From: Escherichia phage phiG7
Strand: one strand, 5' to 3'
DNA: 60,274 nt
Sequence record: OQ791410.1
A program made the position numbers and the translations under genes. The notes beneath the pieces were generated by a model that was not told the DNA's origin, did no database searches, and worked only from the letters and a program-made list of their open reading frames with translations. Position 1 is the first letter of the stretch; each line of letters begins with the position of its first letter. Of this stretch, positions 18,039 through 27,529 are shown one piece after another.

Positions 18039-19799
18039 TTATGGAAGGTTAGTTTGCTGTGAACCATTCGCTTCTTTTAGTGCAGCTAATTCCGCTTCTA
18101 GGTTCTCCACCTTTTCCATCAAAGCAAGAATTGCTTCATGGTGCAATGCCGCAGCTATACCGGAAGTGTTTACAGACTTCACATCACTCACGGATGAACC
18201 ATTGCGTAAGGTAACAGGAGAGAACTTTGTTTCGGATACTGCTTCAGGGAAATCCTTCTCTACATCCTGAGCAATAAATCCATACCCAACTGACCCATTT
18301 GTTTCCAATGTCCATTTAACGCCTTTAATGTTCCGCATCTTGGACAGTGGATCGTTTATACGCTCAATATTACTTTTAATGCGTTTGTCGGATAAACTTC
18401 TCCATTCTTGGCATTTTGCTATACCGTCCGACCCAAAAAGATAAGATGCAGCTCCTCCGCTTCCGTCATAGACGTTAAGCTGCATCCTATCTAACAACGT
18501 ACTATCGGAGCGAATACCACCAAGAATCCAGCTTCCATCATACCAATCGCCGCTTATAGTGTTTACAAAATACCCTTCTCCAACATTGGCGTAGTTTATC
18601 ATCCTTATGGCGTTTCTTTCTATGGCGCTAACTCCAACGGAGTTTAATGGCTGTGCAAGGAAGTCTTTTGCTCGTACATATGCGTCAACCTGTATTGCCC
18701 CATCACTTCTCAGTGTCCCGATCTGTGACTCTGCGTTTGGAAGGCGCAATGTACCATCCTGACCAAATGCCCATTCCTGAACACCATTTGATAACACCGC
18801 CCCTGATTCGCTGCTCAATCCATCAATCTTTCCGTAAGATTGCAAATACGCTTGATGTGTGGTAGTCGTACCTATCTTGTATTCTGATTTTACACTACCC
18901 CCTCTTACAATTGTTCCAGAAGAAGGTTTGACAGCGTCAGCGTTTATTACACTCCATGCTGTATTTGCCGCAACGAAACCACCTGACGCACGGATTACCC
19001 ACACACCGACAAAGTTTCGTGTAAGAATTTCATCAGTTGATTGTCCGTAAATTGGACTTGAAATTGAGGCATTGAAATCACAGGTGTTATAACGCCCAGC
19101 GAGCACCGCTGGGCCTGGGGGTATACCATCTCCTTTTCCTTCCGGAAATGCATTATTATTTGCGGTAAAACAACCACCTGTATGACCTAATACCTGGCCG
19201 TAAGTTTGAGCGGAATATGTGGTGAAAAAACCTGTAATATTTGGCGCAGCGGATTCGAACAGTTGCCCATTTGCAGAGGAGTTTCCACCATCACCTCGAC
19301 CATAAAGTGCGCGAATGGACCCCTCTTGAACACCGTTTTTATCTGGTACGCGGAAAGTTGTTACTCCGTCGCCAGAGGAATATCTGCCGCGTTTAAATTT
19401 ATTAGACAGCCATTCACTATCATCTATAAGCCCGACCATTTGAGCGTAATTCCATAATTCAGGCCAGTCTGCACGGTTAAGTAATTGCCCGTCCGATGTA
19501 ACCTCATAAGGTTGAACGTAAGCGCGACTATCCCGGAGATGGAAATCCCCTACCCCGTAATTCATTACCCCGTTCATTGTTGGACCAACTGTACCTGTGT
19601 TGATTAAGTTCTCAACCCAACGTTTAGTTGCTGCATCATAATCGCTAACTGGGTCCCCAGCTAATGGCGTAGACCCAATTGGTCGAACGTTTAACCACGC
19701 GGCAGCGCGGTCCGCAAGATCAGATAAATTATTACTTTTATCCATCTTTTCGTCTTTAAGTTTTGTAATGTCCTGAGGGATATTAGTATAAGTAGTCAT
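18039..19799 (-). CDS. tail fibre protein with C-terminal intramolecular chaperone (peptidase S74-like) domain
   Basis: C-terminal SDKRIKSNIE motif and coiled coil typical of self-cleaving chaperone domains. Confidence 0.6.
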   Translation of the reverse strand: MTTYTNIPQDITKLKDEKMDKSNNLSDLADRAAAWLNVRPIGSTPLAGDPVSDYDAATKRWVENLINTGTVGPTMNGVMNYGVGDFHLRDSRAYVQPYEVTSDGQLLNRADWPELWNYAQMVGLIDDSEWLSNKFKRGRYSSGDGVTTFRVPDKNGVQEGSIRALYGRGDGGNSSANGQLFESAAPNITGFFTTYSAQTYGQVLGHTGGCFTANNNAFPEGKGDGIPPGPAVLAGRYNTCDFNASISSPIYGQSTDEILTRNFVGVWVIRASGGFVAANTAWSVINADAVKPSSGTIVRGGSVKSEYKIGTTTTHQAYLQSYGKIDGLSSESGAVLSNGVQEWAFGQDGTLRLPNAESQIGTLRSDGAIQVDAYVRAKDFLAQPLNSVGVSAIERNAIRMINYANVGEGYFVNTISGDWYDGSWILGGIRSDSTLLDRMQLNVYDGSGGAASYLFGSDGIAKCQEWRSLSDKRIKSNIERINDPLSKMRNIKGVKWTLETNGSVGYGFIAQDVEKDFPEAVSETKFSPVTLRNGSSVSDVKSVNTSGIAAALHHEAILALMEKVENLEAELAALKEANGSQQTNLP

Positions 19800-19809
19800 T
19801 GATCACCTC

Positions 19810-20076
19810 TTATGCCCATTTACGTACACAGGGATTCTTAATAATGAATTGTTCAAGCTCTAACAAGTCTACATTGTTATCTATTATTCTTATGTTTATA
19901 TAATAACCCTCTTTGCCAATGACAACTGGAGTCCTACTTTTCGGGTCATCTACTATGAGGACAAAACCAATTTCATCTACAAACACTTTACCGTAGTTTG
20001 TCTTAAGCCAGTTACTATTAATGACAACATCCCGATAATGTTTTTCGTCTTTAAATTGCAAATGAATATCTTTCAT
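19810..20076 (-). CDS. hypothetical small protein between tail fibre genes
   Basis: 88-aa ORF. Confidence 0.35.
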   Translation of the reverse strand: MKDIHLQFKDEKHYRDVVINSNWLKTNYGKVFVDEIGFVLIVDDPKSRTPVVIGKEGYYINIRIIDNNVDLLELEQFIIKNPCVRKWA

Positions 20077-20077
20077 T

Positions 20078-22186
20078 TTAAACTTTCTCCCTCATTTGAC
20101 TATCCGTTAATACTCGATTCCATATTCTAAGATTACGAATATGACCATACAATTTAGTTGGATCTGAAGGTCTACCACCTATCTCCAGCAAGGAATCCGG
20201 AGATAGTCCTTCCCACGTTGAACCGGAGGATGTTACATTCTTAAAACCATTCAAAAACGATGTTACATCCCCGTTTTTTGTATGTATAAAACCCCATATG
20301 GAGGGGATGCCAACACCACTAAATGAAGCTCCGTTTGAGCCTGTAGAACGTCCAGTTTCCTTATTTAAAAAGTAAACGCTAGGCACTCTTGTAGCTATAA
20401 GCATCTCCGATACAAAAGATTCCCCTGCTATATTATATTTACTGTTATCCATTATCATCGGGTACGTATTAACTAATTCAAAGCTATCCCAGTTAATACT
20501 TACCTCAGCAAGGAATGAAATATTCGTCCCTGAGAAATTATTTCTTGCAGGTATGGTAACATAATCCAGAGCCCTTGTTGCAGGCGTGCTTCCCGTAATA
20601 ATGAAGGAGGATGCACAAAAACCCTTTTCAAATTGCGGAGTACAAAATGATATTGTATCCCCAACTTGCAAGTTATCCCCGTTAGAGCCGCGAGCATAGT
20701 TAATACTCCCAATCATGGCACCTGCAATAGCAGAAAATTTACATGTTATTTCAACTTTCAGCCATCCATTATCTTCTTTGATGATTCTGTGTGTTACAGT
20801 TCCTCTAGCTTCAAGTTTAGATGTCACCTCCCCTGTGTCGCACGACACTATAGATCTTACAACAAGAATAAGGGCATTATCTTCTCCTAACGCATAGAAT
20901 TGAGGAATTATGGAAATATTAGTTGCTTTCACTCTAATAGATAAGGTTGCGTATTCGTTCTGTTCACAATATATGTTGTTATTGTATTCGCAATAAAATA
21001 GTGATGGTGTATCACCTTGACCGTTTTCATTTGCAGTTGCGGTAGTATATGTAAATCCATATTTATCAACGCCGTGGGTAACGTCGCTACGATACTTATC
21101 ACTATTCAATGAAGCTGGGTCATTGCTGTAAGTTATGTGGTTTGTCCTCTGGCCTTCAATCAAGAGTCCTTGCTTTTCAAATCTAGGTTCATCGATATTG
21201 GCAATGCAAAATTCACCATGTTTATTTATGTATGTTGCATTTGACGCACGCGAGAAACTAACAACCTTATCAGAAGGCATTGTAATAACATCTTCACCAA
21301 CTGTTATTTTCTTATACCCGGGCGAGTAACCTGCAATCATATCAAGCGAGTCATTAAATGGAATCCATACGTCAGGGAATGGCTGAAGATCCGGAGCCCT
21401 GTTAGCTGCAACTTCCGCACGATCTGCTTCTGCCTTTGCACGGTCCGCGTCGCCCTTAGCGCTATTTGCGCTACCAGCAGCGTTACCAGCTTGTTGTCCC
21501 GCTTCGGTAGCACTATTACTTGCTTGTGCGGCTGAAGCAGCGGCAGCGTCTTTTAGCGTGGTAGTTTCCGTTACTGCGCTGTCCTTAATACCCTGTGTGT
21601 CTGTTTTTAACTGCTCAACATCAGATTTTAGACCTTGAATTGTGGTCACAGCTTGTGATGCAGTATTAGCGGAACCAGCAGCGCCAGCCTGTGCTTGTTT
21701 AGCAGCGTCTTCGCTAGCTTTAGCATCATTTTTATAGACAAGTGCATCCGAAGCAGATTGAGCAGCCGAAGCCTTACTATTGCGAGCGTCCGTAGCATCT
21801 GCGTTTGCCGCCGCAGCAGAGCGACCAGCTTGCAAAGCATATTCTTCAGAGTTAGCTACAAGTTGTTGGACTTGTTTAATAACGTTCGGAGTTAATTCTT
21901 CTGGTGCCCAGTTAATTAAATAACCGTTCAGCGAACCTTCAGGGCTGTCGGAATAAATGACGATCTCACCAGCTTTATAAGGCTCAAGACCCTGCGGCCC
22001 AATAATTACTTTGTAATGCCCTGCTTGTACAGTTACATTATAAGCACCTTCACCATCTGTACGAAATACAGCCTCGCTACCATTAAGAACGGTAATTGTG
22101 TTCCCTTTTGCTAAAAGGGCAACAGTAGCGTTAACAATCGGTTTATTTAAACCATCTGTCAAAATACCATATAAACGAGTTGCCAT
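20078..22186 (-). CDS. side tail fibre protein with Ala-rich central region and LamG-like C-terminal domain
   Basis: Start at MATRLYG with RBS AGAGG; Ala-rich region; C-terminal LRIWNRVLTDSQM resembles LamG/ConA-like domain end. Confidence 0.5.
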   Translation of the reverse strand: MATRLYGILTDGLNKPIVNATVALLAKGNTITVLNGSEAVFRTDGEGAYNVTVQAGHYKVIIGPQGLEPYKAGEIVIYSDSPEGSLNGYLINWAPEELTPNVIKQVQQLVANSEEYALQAGRSAAAANADATDARNSKASAAQSASDALVYKNDAKASEDAAKQAQAGAAGSANTASQAVTTIQGLKSDVEQLKTDTQGIKDSAVTETTTLKDAAAASAAQASNSATEAGQQAGNAAGSANSAKGDADRAKAEADRAEVAANRAPDLQPFPDVWIPFNDSLDMIAGYSPGYKKITVGEDVITMPSDKVVSFSRASNATYINKHGEFCIANIDEPRFEKQGLLIEGQRTNHITYSNDPASLNSDKYRSDVTHGVDKYGFTYTTATANENGQGDTPSLFYCEYNNNIYCEQNEYATLSIRVKATNISIIPQFYALGEDNALILVVRSIVSCDTGEVTSKLEARGTVTHRIIKEDNGWLKVEITCKFSAIAGAMIGSINYARGSNGDNLQVGDTISFCTPQFEKGFCASSFIITGSTPATRALDYVTIPARNNFSGTNISFLAEVSINWDSFELVNTYPMIMDNSKYNIAGESFVSEMLIATRVPSVYFLNKETGRSTGSNGASFSGVGIPSIWGFIHTKNGDVTSFLNGFKNVTSSGSTWEGLSPDSLLEIGGRPSDPTKLYGHIRNLRIWNRVLTDSQMREKV

Positions 22187-22310
22187 TTTTACCTCTTGTT
22201 TCGCAGAGTTGATCAATTAATGGATGCACTATGGCATACAAATATGGTAAATTAAATTAGAATATAAAACAATATTGTCTACCATCTTTAACCACATTGT
22301 TGGAGTAATT

Positions 22311-23276
22311 ATGCCAGAGGGTATTTATATAAACTACAATGACGGCAGACCTGCAATGCAAATAACAGCAGGATTACGCGCTCCGTCTTTCTGCGCCAAC
22401 TTCAATCAACGCTGTCAATCCGATAAGACGCTAACCATCAATACACCTCTGACGCCAGGATCGCAGCTTGTCGTTATTATGACTAACCCAGTTGAAGTAC
22501 TGGAAGTATTTGATCAGACGCTAGTTATCCCCGATCCAATGTATGTAACGTCCGTAACCCGAAACGGGGACGGTGGAGTTACGTTGCGAGGTGCGGACGG
22601 ACTGGGTGCCTATAGGGGACTGCCGCAATGGGCAGGGGTGATTATGGAACTGCTACCTGTAGGAACGCGAAACGAGGGTCTATTTGCGGCTAACTCCACG
22701 GACTTCACAGCAATATCCAACGCAGCCTTTCTCATGACTTGTCAGTATTCCCAGTACGTATGGGTTAACGGCAGTATGCCATTACCTGTCGGTGGTGTTC
22801 CGTTTGCTCGCTGGAACGACCCTAACGTGTCAGTAGGTTTTGATGGTTCGAATATTATCGTTCGTAACGCAGCATATGGTGGAATTGATGACGTAGCGGC
22901 TTCTGTTGGAATGGAATTAGTAATATTTAACAATACTCCCCCACAGCCTGGTGATGGTATTACCATGACGAACAGCGCGGGGCAGGTTACGTTCTCCACG
23001 GTTAAGAAGCCTTTTGTATTCAACGGAACAGTAGATCTTAGCGCAGGCTGGCAAAATATTGGTAACAGCTTAATACAACTTGCATACACAGGCACGCTTA
23101 TTGAGAACAACGGAGGTTATAATCATATTCGCATGAACGGGATTCGCATGGCAGATAATGTGGTAGGTGCTGCAAGAAACCGCGTGGTAGGCAACTACTC
23201 GCGACAACAATTCCAAATGCCCGGTCGTAACGTGGTGATCTCAACACCGCTCATAGCTATACCAAATATGTATTAA
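22311..23276 (+). CDS. hypothetical protein on the opposite strand inside the tail module
   Basis: 321-aa ORF, RBS GGAG, AT-rich upstream region, terminator directly downstream. Confidence 0.45.
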   Translation: MPEGIYINYNDGRPAMQITAGLRAPSFCANFNQRCQSDKTLTINTPLTPGSQLVVIMTNPVEVLEVFDQTLVIPDPMYVTSVTRNGDGGVTLRGADGLGAYRGLPQWAGVIMELLPVGTRNEGLFAANSTDFTAISNAAFLMTCQYSQYVWVNGSMPLPVGGVPFARWNDPNVSVGFDGSNIIVRNAAYGGIDDVAASVGMELVIFNNTPPQPGDGITMTNSAGQVTFSTVKKPFVFNGTVDLSAGWQNIGNSLIQLAYTGTLIENNGGYNHIRMNGIRMADNVVGAARNRVVGNYSRQQFQMPGRNVVISTPLIAIPNMY

Positions 23277-23277
23277 T

Positions 23278-23299
23278 AAACGGGGCATGGGCCCCGTTT
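23278..23299. terminator. bidirectional terminator
   Basis: AAACGGGGC-ATGG-GCCCCGTTT. Confidence 0.65.
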
Positions 23300-23309
23300 G
23301 AATGTTTAA

Positions 23310-25961
23310 TTACCAGCGTCCTACTATGACAACACCACCGCCGGATAACGGAACGCGAATACCGTTACTATCAATTGTAATACCTCCATTTCCGTTGAAA
23401 CCAAATTGACCAGCGTTAGCGACGACCGTCCCTCTGACGGTAACGTTATTAAATACGCAATAACCGTCTTTTGTAATTGCCCAACCTTGATCGTTACCAT
23501 TCCAGTTATTGGACTGAATAACATTACCAATCTTGGCATTGGTGATTGAGCCATTCTCAATAAAGGCTTCTTGTAAGAAACTTTGACCGTTTTTAATAGC
23601 AAAAGCAAGCTGTGCTGCTCCAGCTACAGGATTATAAATAGCAAAGTTGTCCGCACTCACCATGAAGTAAGACTGGAATTGTCCTCCGCTACCTTCAATA
23701 CCTAACTGCATACCTGCAACGTATTTGTTACCATTATTGTCTATTTGAACCTTTTGGCCCCATTGAGCGGAAAGTTTGCCGTTAAGGTCTGCTAGTGCCT
23801 GTGACTGTTCTTGCACGGTGACAACAACATCACTCACTCTGGTCTGAACAGAATCTATCTTTGTAGCCTGTCCTTCAACTACTTTGGACAATTCCGTTAC
23901 ACCGTCATCAACCTTTTGCACAGTCTCCATGAGGTTTTTGAAAGTCTCAGTTTCTTGAAACTCTTTATCCATGATTTCTATAATCTGTGCGGTTTCTGCC
24001 CATACACGAGCTTCAACTTCCACAAACGCGGACGAGCCAAAGGCGTTGATTGTTCTTATATACCAGTAATAAGTGTGGTCATTGAGTAAGTTATTTTTCT
24101 GCCATATAGTTCCCATACCTTCACGGGTAGCATCACGCTCGACAACATCTGTATTAGCAGATGGCAGTTTTGTTTCACCAGATGTCCAGAAATCAAATTG
24201 TGTGCTAACACTAGTCAGCTCTGCAATCTTTGGTATAAGAGTTAAAGAAAAATAACCGTTCTGTATCTCAACAGATGAAGGTGGCGGTGGAGCTTGAATA
24301 TTAAACTCCAGATAAGCTTCTGGTGATATTGCACCGCTGTGAGATACAGCTTGAACGTGTGCGGTATACGCCCCACGCAGCAACCCAGTAACGCGGACGC
24401 TTTGGCCAGGGACTTGTGCGGTCCAAATAGTAACGCCTCCCTGTCGCACAGCTACGCGGTTATATGCGACTTGCCCCATGTTTGTCCAGGATAATACCCC
24501 CTGTACCACATCACTGATTTGCAATATCTGGTATTGAAGATTTTGAGGTTGAGCAACACCACCACTTGGCAAGTCTACAAGATCCGGTCTGTCCATAGGT
24601 TTACCAATTGCATCGTCCCACATTTCCAGGAAATCTTGACGTAATGTAAGGTTAACACCACCTTTAGGGTTAAAAGACCATTTGGTAACGCGCATTTCAA
24701 CATTCTTCATGCCAATCTGCGTAATGGTAACTTTTACATACATTCCTGGACGGAACTTATAACCCTTCATGTTACAAGGGATTTCAATTGTACGTCCAAC
24801 ACGTTTACGACGTAGAATAATATTAGACAAACGTTGTGCCTGATATTCACTAGTTACAAAACGAAAATCCATGTCCTGAGTTATTTCCCCGCCATCCTTT
24901 TCCACCCATTCCTTAACCACAACTGGGGGGAAGTCTGCTTCAACGTAGTTCTGCTTCGGATCAATAAATGTCCCTGTGATGGTGTTTGTGCGCTCCTTAT
25001 AAGAAGTCTCTGGAACAATCTTAATATCCCCAGCAATACAACTTTCGTCCAGCGTCATTGTTGCTGGACCGTAATATGCGCCAACCAGAAGACCGTGTTT
25101 ACCCGCCACATACGTTAGCTCGCCACCACAAGCTTGCAACATAGCATCCAGAATTTTGGAGGGGGCTTCATCTACTTCAAATTCACCGTTAATTTTATAA
25201 CGGCGCTCTGTAGAACCATCAGCGTTATTGACGTATTCATCACAGATGTTAGCAGCTTCTTTGAACTGGTCCCAGTTAATATCTTCATCTTTTCGCTTTA
25301 AATACGTGCGGAAGTAATCAAGTATTACTAAAGCTGCATTATCGCTAAATATGGTATAGCCAGAACGAGGATCATATACACGGCGTCCTCTTTTAAGAAG
25401 CTTAATGTTTGGCAAACCAGAAGGGAATTTTTCTGCATTAAATTTAAAGCTAATGCGAAGCCATGCAATCCCTTTCCCAATCATATCCTCTTTCCAGGAA
25501 GGGCAATTGCTTAACATGAATGGATCTACAGTCTGACGGTCGTTATGAAATTCCCAAGTAACATACTGTTCGAAAGTCTGTACAAGATCATCCCCAAGCC
25601 AAATATCACCAATCCCCTCCAATGGATGTGAAGCTACAACAAGCGCCATATGCAGGAGTTCGTCTTCGTCTTGATCACCAGGCTGCTCCTCGGCAAACGT
25701 CATAACACCGGAAGCAACCGTTGTCCCGTATACTACTGTTCGGGACGCTGCGGCTGCTCGTAAAACCTGCTTACGCTCTTGTTGACCTTTATAAGCATTA
25801 AAGTTCATATTAGGTGTCTTAGTTAAAAGAGCACCTGCCGCAGTTGCAGCCATACCAATAGCTAAAGCTACACCCGTAGCAATCCACCCCGCCGCAGCGG
25901 CAGCGGAAGCGCCTAAAGCTATTGCTGCTCCAATTATTGCTGGTGGCATTAGACCCTCCAA
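23310..25961 (-). CDS. central tail fibre / host-specificity protein (lambda gpJ-like)
   Basis: C-terminal region resembles lambda J by eye (GYFSLTLIP...FDFWTSGE...YYWYIRTINAFGSSAFVE vs GYFQITATP...FEFWFSEK...YYFYIRSVNTVGKSAFVE). Confidence 0.65.
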   Translation of the reverse strand: MEGLMPPAIIGAAIALGASAAAAAGWIATGVALAIGMAATAAGALLTKTPNMNFNAYKGQQERKQVLRAAAASRTVVYGTTVASGVMTFAEEQPGDQDEDELLHMALVVASHPLEGIGDIWLGDDLVQTFEQYVTWEFHNDRQTVDPFMLSNCPSWKEDMIGKGIAWLRISFKFNAEKFPSGLPNIKLLKRGRRVYDPRSGYTIFSDNAALVILDYFRTYLKRKDEDINWDQFKEAANICDEYVNNADGSTERRYKINGEFEVDEAPSKILDAMLQACGGELTYVAGKHGLLVGAYYGPATMTLDESCIAGDIKIVPETSYKERTNTITGTFIDPKQNYVEADFPPVVVKEWVEKDGGEITQDMDFRFVTSEYQAQRLSNIILRRKRVGRTIEIPCNMKGYKFRPGMYVKVTITQIGMKNVEMRVTKWSFNPKGGVNLTLRQDFLEMWDDAIGKPMDRPDLVDLPSGGVAQPQNLQYQILQISDVVQGVLSWTNMGQVAYNRVAVRQGGVTIWTAQVPGQSVRVTGLLRGAYTAHVQAVSHSGAISPEAYLEFNIQAPPPPSSVEIQNGYFSLTLIPKIAELTSVSTQFDFWTSGETKLPSANTDVVERDATREGMGTIWQKNNLLNDHTYYWYIRTINAFGSSAFVEVEARVWAETAQIIEIMDKEFQETETFKNLMETVQKVDDGVTELSKVVEGQATKIDSVQTRVSDVVVTVQEQSQALADLNGKLSAQWGQKVQIDNNGNKYVAGMQLGIEGSGGQFQSYFMVSADNFAIYNPVAGAAQLAFAIKNGQSFLQEAFIENGSITNAKIGNVIQSNNWNGNDQGWAITKDGYCVFNNVTVRGTVVANAGQFGFNGNGGITIDSNGIRVPLSGGGVVIVGRW

Positions 25962-26365
25962 ATATCCGTAATTTCGATCTTATTAAGCGGGAACGTTTCC
26001 ACACCGTTTGGGCCCATGGCCCATACATATCCCGTCCATAATATGCCAGCAGTTAAGCCTAAAGCTCCCTTAAATGTAACCACATCGCCTCTTTGCGCAT
26101 AATTTTTATCAACACGCTCACTCAGGTAAGCATCCAGCAAGGTTGGAAGATAAGCTGTTCCGACTTTTTCAATTGAAAATCGCTTGCTTCCAAGCTCTGT
26201 GCTATATTTACCTGCTATCTGATTATAAATATTTGTGTTGTATTGTGCATCAACACATTTAGCGGCAAACGTACAGCAATCGTTTTCGCCCCAAGAAAAA
26301 GGAGTCGATGCTAACTCCTTTACTGTGGTTAATAAACGTGTCTGCCATCCTGGCATTTTACTCAT
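25949..26365 (-). CDS. tail assembly protein, NlpC/P60-like (gpK-like)
   Basis: Position between minor tail protein and J-like gene; Cys-containing GENDCC block; start moved to MSKMPGW to avoid 175-bp overlap. Confidence 0.4.
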   Translation of the reverse strand: MSKMPGWQTRLLTTVKELASTPFSWGENDCCTFAAKCVDAQYNTNIYNQIAGKYSTELGSKRFSIEKVGTAYLPTLLDAYLSERVDKNYAQRGDVVTFKGALGLTAGILWTGYVWAMGPNGVETFPLNKIEITDIWRV

Positions 26366-26942
26366 ACGTGAATCCTGGCGCATCTTTTTTACTCCCCCAA
26401 AAGATTGAACGTTCAGCCATTTGCGCAACATATCTAAAGAACCGATCACCCGGATGTAAACGTTGCTGACTTTCATCCGTATAGCGATCCGGTAAACCCT
26501 GCGACCAACGCTCAAAGACATTGGCAATAACATAACTCAACGCATTCTGTTGCCCTGCTTGTAAAGCAGTGTCTGTGATAAACCCTTCAAATAATACGTT
26601 TGCACCAGTGACAACGCCTTGATCGTTCATAACCGCAAGATAGCAAATAACATTGCGACCAATAACTTCTTCGTTTAACGTTTCTCCTACAAGACTCATA
26701 TCCAGACCGCTAAGTGCCATGGACATAGTGCTTGAGCTTGTGCTGTTTTCTTCTGTAACCGATCCAACATCCCCTAGAGTGCCTACACCAAGAAAAGTCT
26801 GACCATTGATAATAACAGTTCCTGTTCCAGTATGAACGCGGGTTATACCGGAAGGGAAGTCTATTTCCGCTGCCAACACTAGCGCAACGTTTGGTTGCTC
26901 CATTGCGCTAAGAAGGCTGTCGCTAAACGGACTGAATAACAT
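26358..26942 (-). CDS. minor tail protein
   Basis: Position in tail module between tape measure and J-like genes. Confidence 0.4.
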   Translation of the reverse strand: MLFSPFSDSLLSAMEQPNVALVLAAEIDFPSGITRVHTGTGTVIINGQTFLGVGTLGDVGSVTEENSTSSSTMSMALSGLDMSLVGETLNEEVIGRNVICYLAVMNDQGVVTGANVLFEGFITDTALQAGQQNALSYVIANVFERWSQGLPDRYTDESQQRLHPGDRFFRYVAQMAERSIFWGSKKDAPGFTYE

Positions 26943-27526
26943 TAAAATGCCTCCGAGAATTTTAAAGTAAAGGAGTTATTAAAAGCAGGCTGACGTTTAA
27001 CTCCATTTGTGTTTTCGGCTAAACGGAAAGATCCTTGTGGTTTCTGAGTTTCAATCTTTGCACCGTTTGGAGGGATGCTTCTTAACATCGGGGCAATATT
27101 TAAAATCACGTTACCAGAAGAATCACTCCAAGCATCTTCTGTTATTAATTTTAATTCATTGTTCACTGCGATGTAGTCCCCTTCCCATAATACCTTACGG
27201 TCAGGAGTCCAGCCCTTAGTTGACAAAGTTGTCCCAGTGTTATTTGCCCCATTAACCACAGGTGATCCCATTGGAGGTCGACCCCAGCGACCAAAATCCT
27301 GAAGCATAATCCGACCAGCTTTACCATCAAGTTTGGCTAACGTTGATTCAAGCTTTCTAGACTGCCAATCATTTAAATTGCTGAATGTTAGCGTAGCTTC
27401 CCATCGCGATCCAGGATAGGACACAGTTTGGGAAGCCCCATTGAAGGGGCTTGTAAATTCTACAGCGTTTGAGACTAGATACCATTCCATTTCCGATGGT
27501 CTAAGCTCTTCGGGCCAAGTGAGCAT
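26942..27526 (-). CDS. minor/distal tail protein
   Basis: Position immediately downstream of tape measure gene. Confidence 0.4.
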   Translation of the reverse strand: MLTWPEELRPSEMEWYLVSNAVEFTSPFNGASQTVSYPGSRWEATLTFSNLNDWQSRKLESTLAKLDGKAGRIMLQDFGRWGRPPMGSPVVNGANNTGTTLSTKGWTPDRKVLWEGDYIAVNNELKLITEDAWSDSSGNVILNIAPMLRSIPPNGAKIETQKPQGSFRLAENTNGVKRQPAFNNSFTLKFSEAF

Positions 27527-27529
27527 ATA

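Noticed and set aside
25949-26533. Long N-terminal extension of the gpK-like ORF
   Set aside because: Would overlap the upstream minor tail gene by 175 bp; internal Met at 26365 gives a compact overlap instead.
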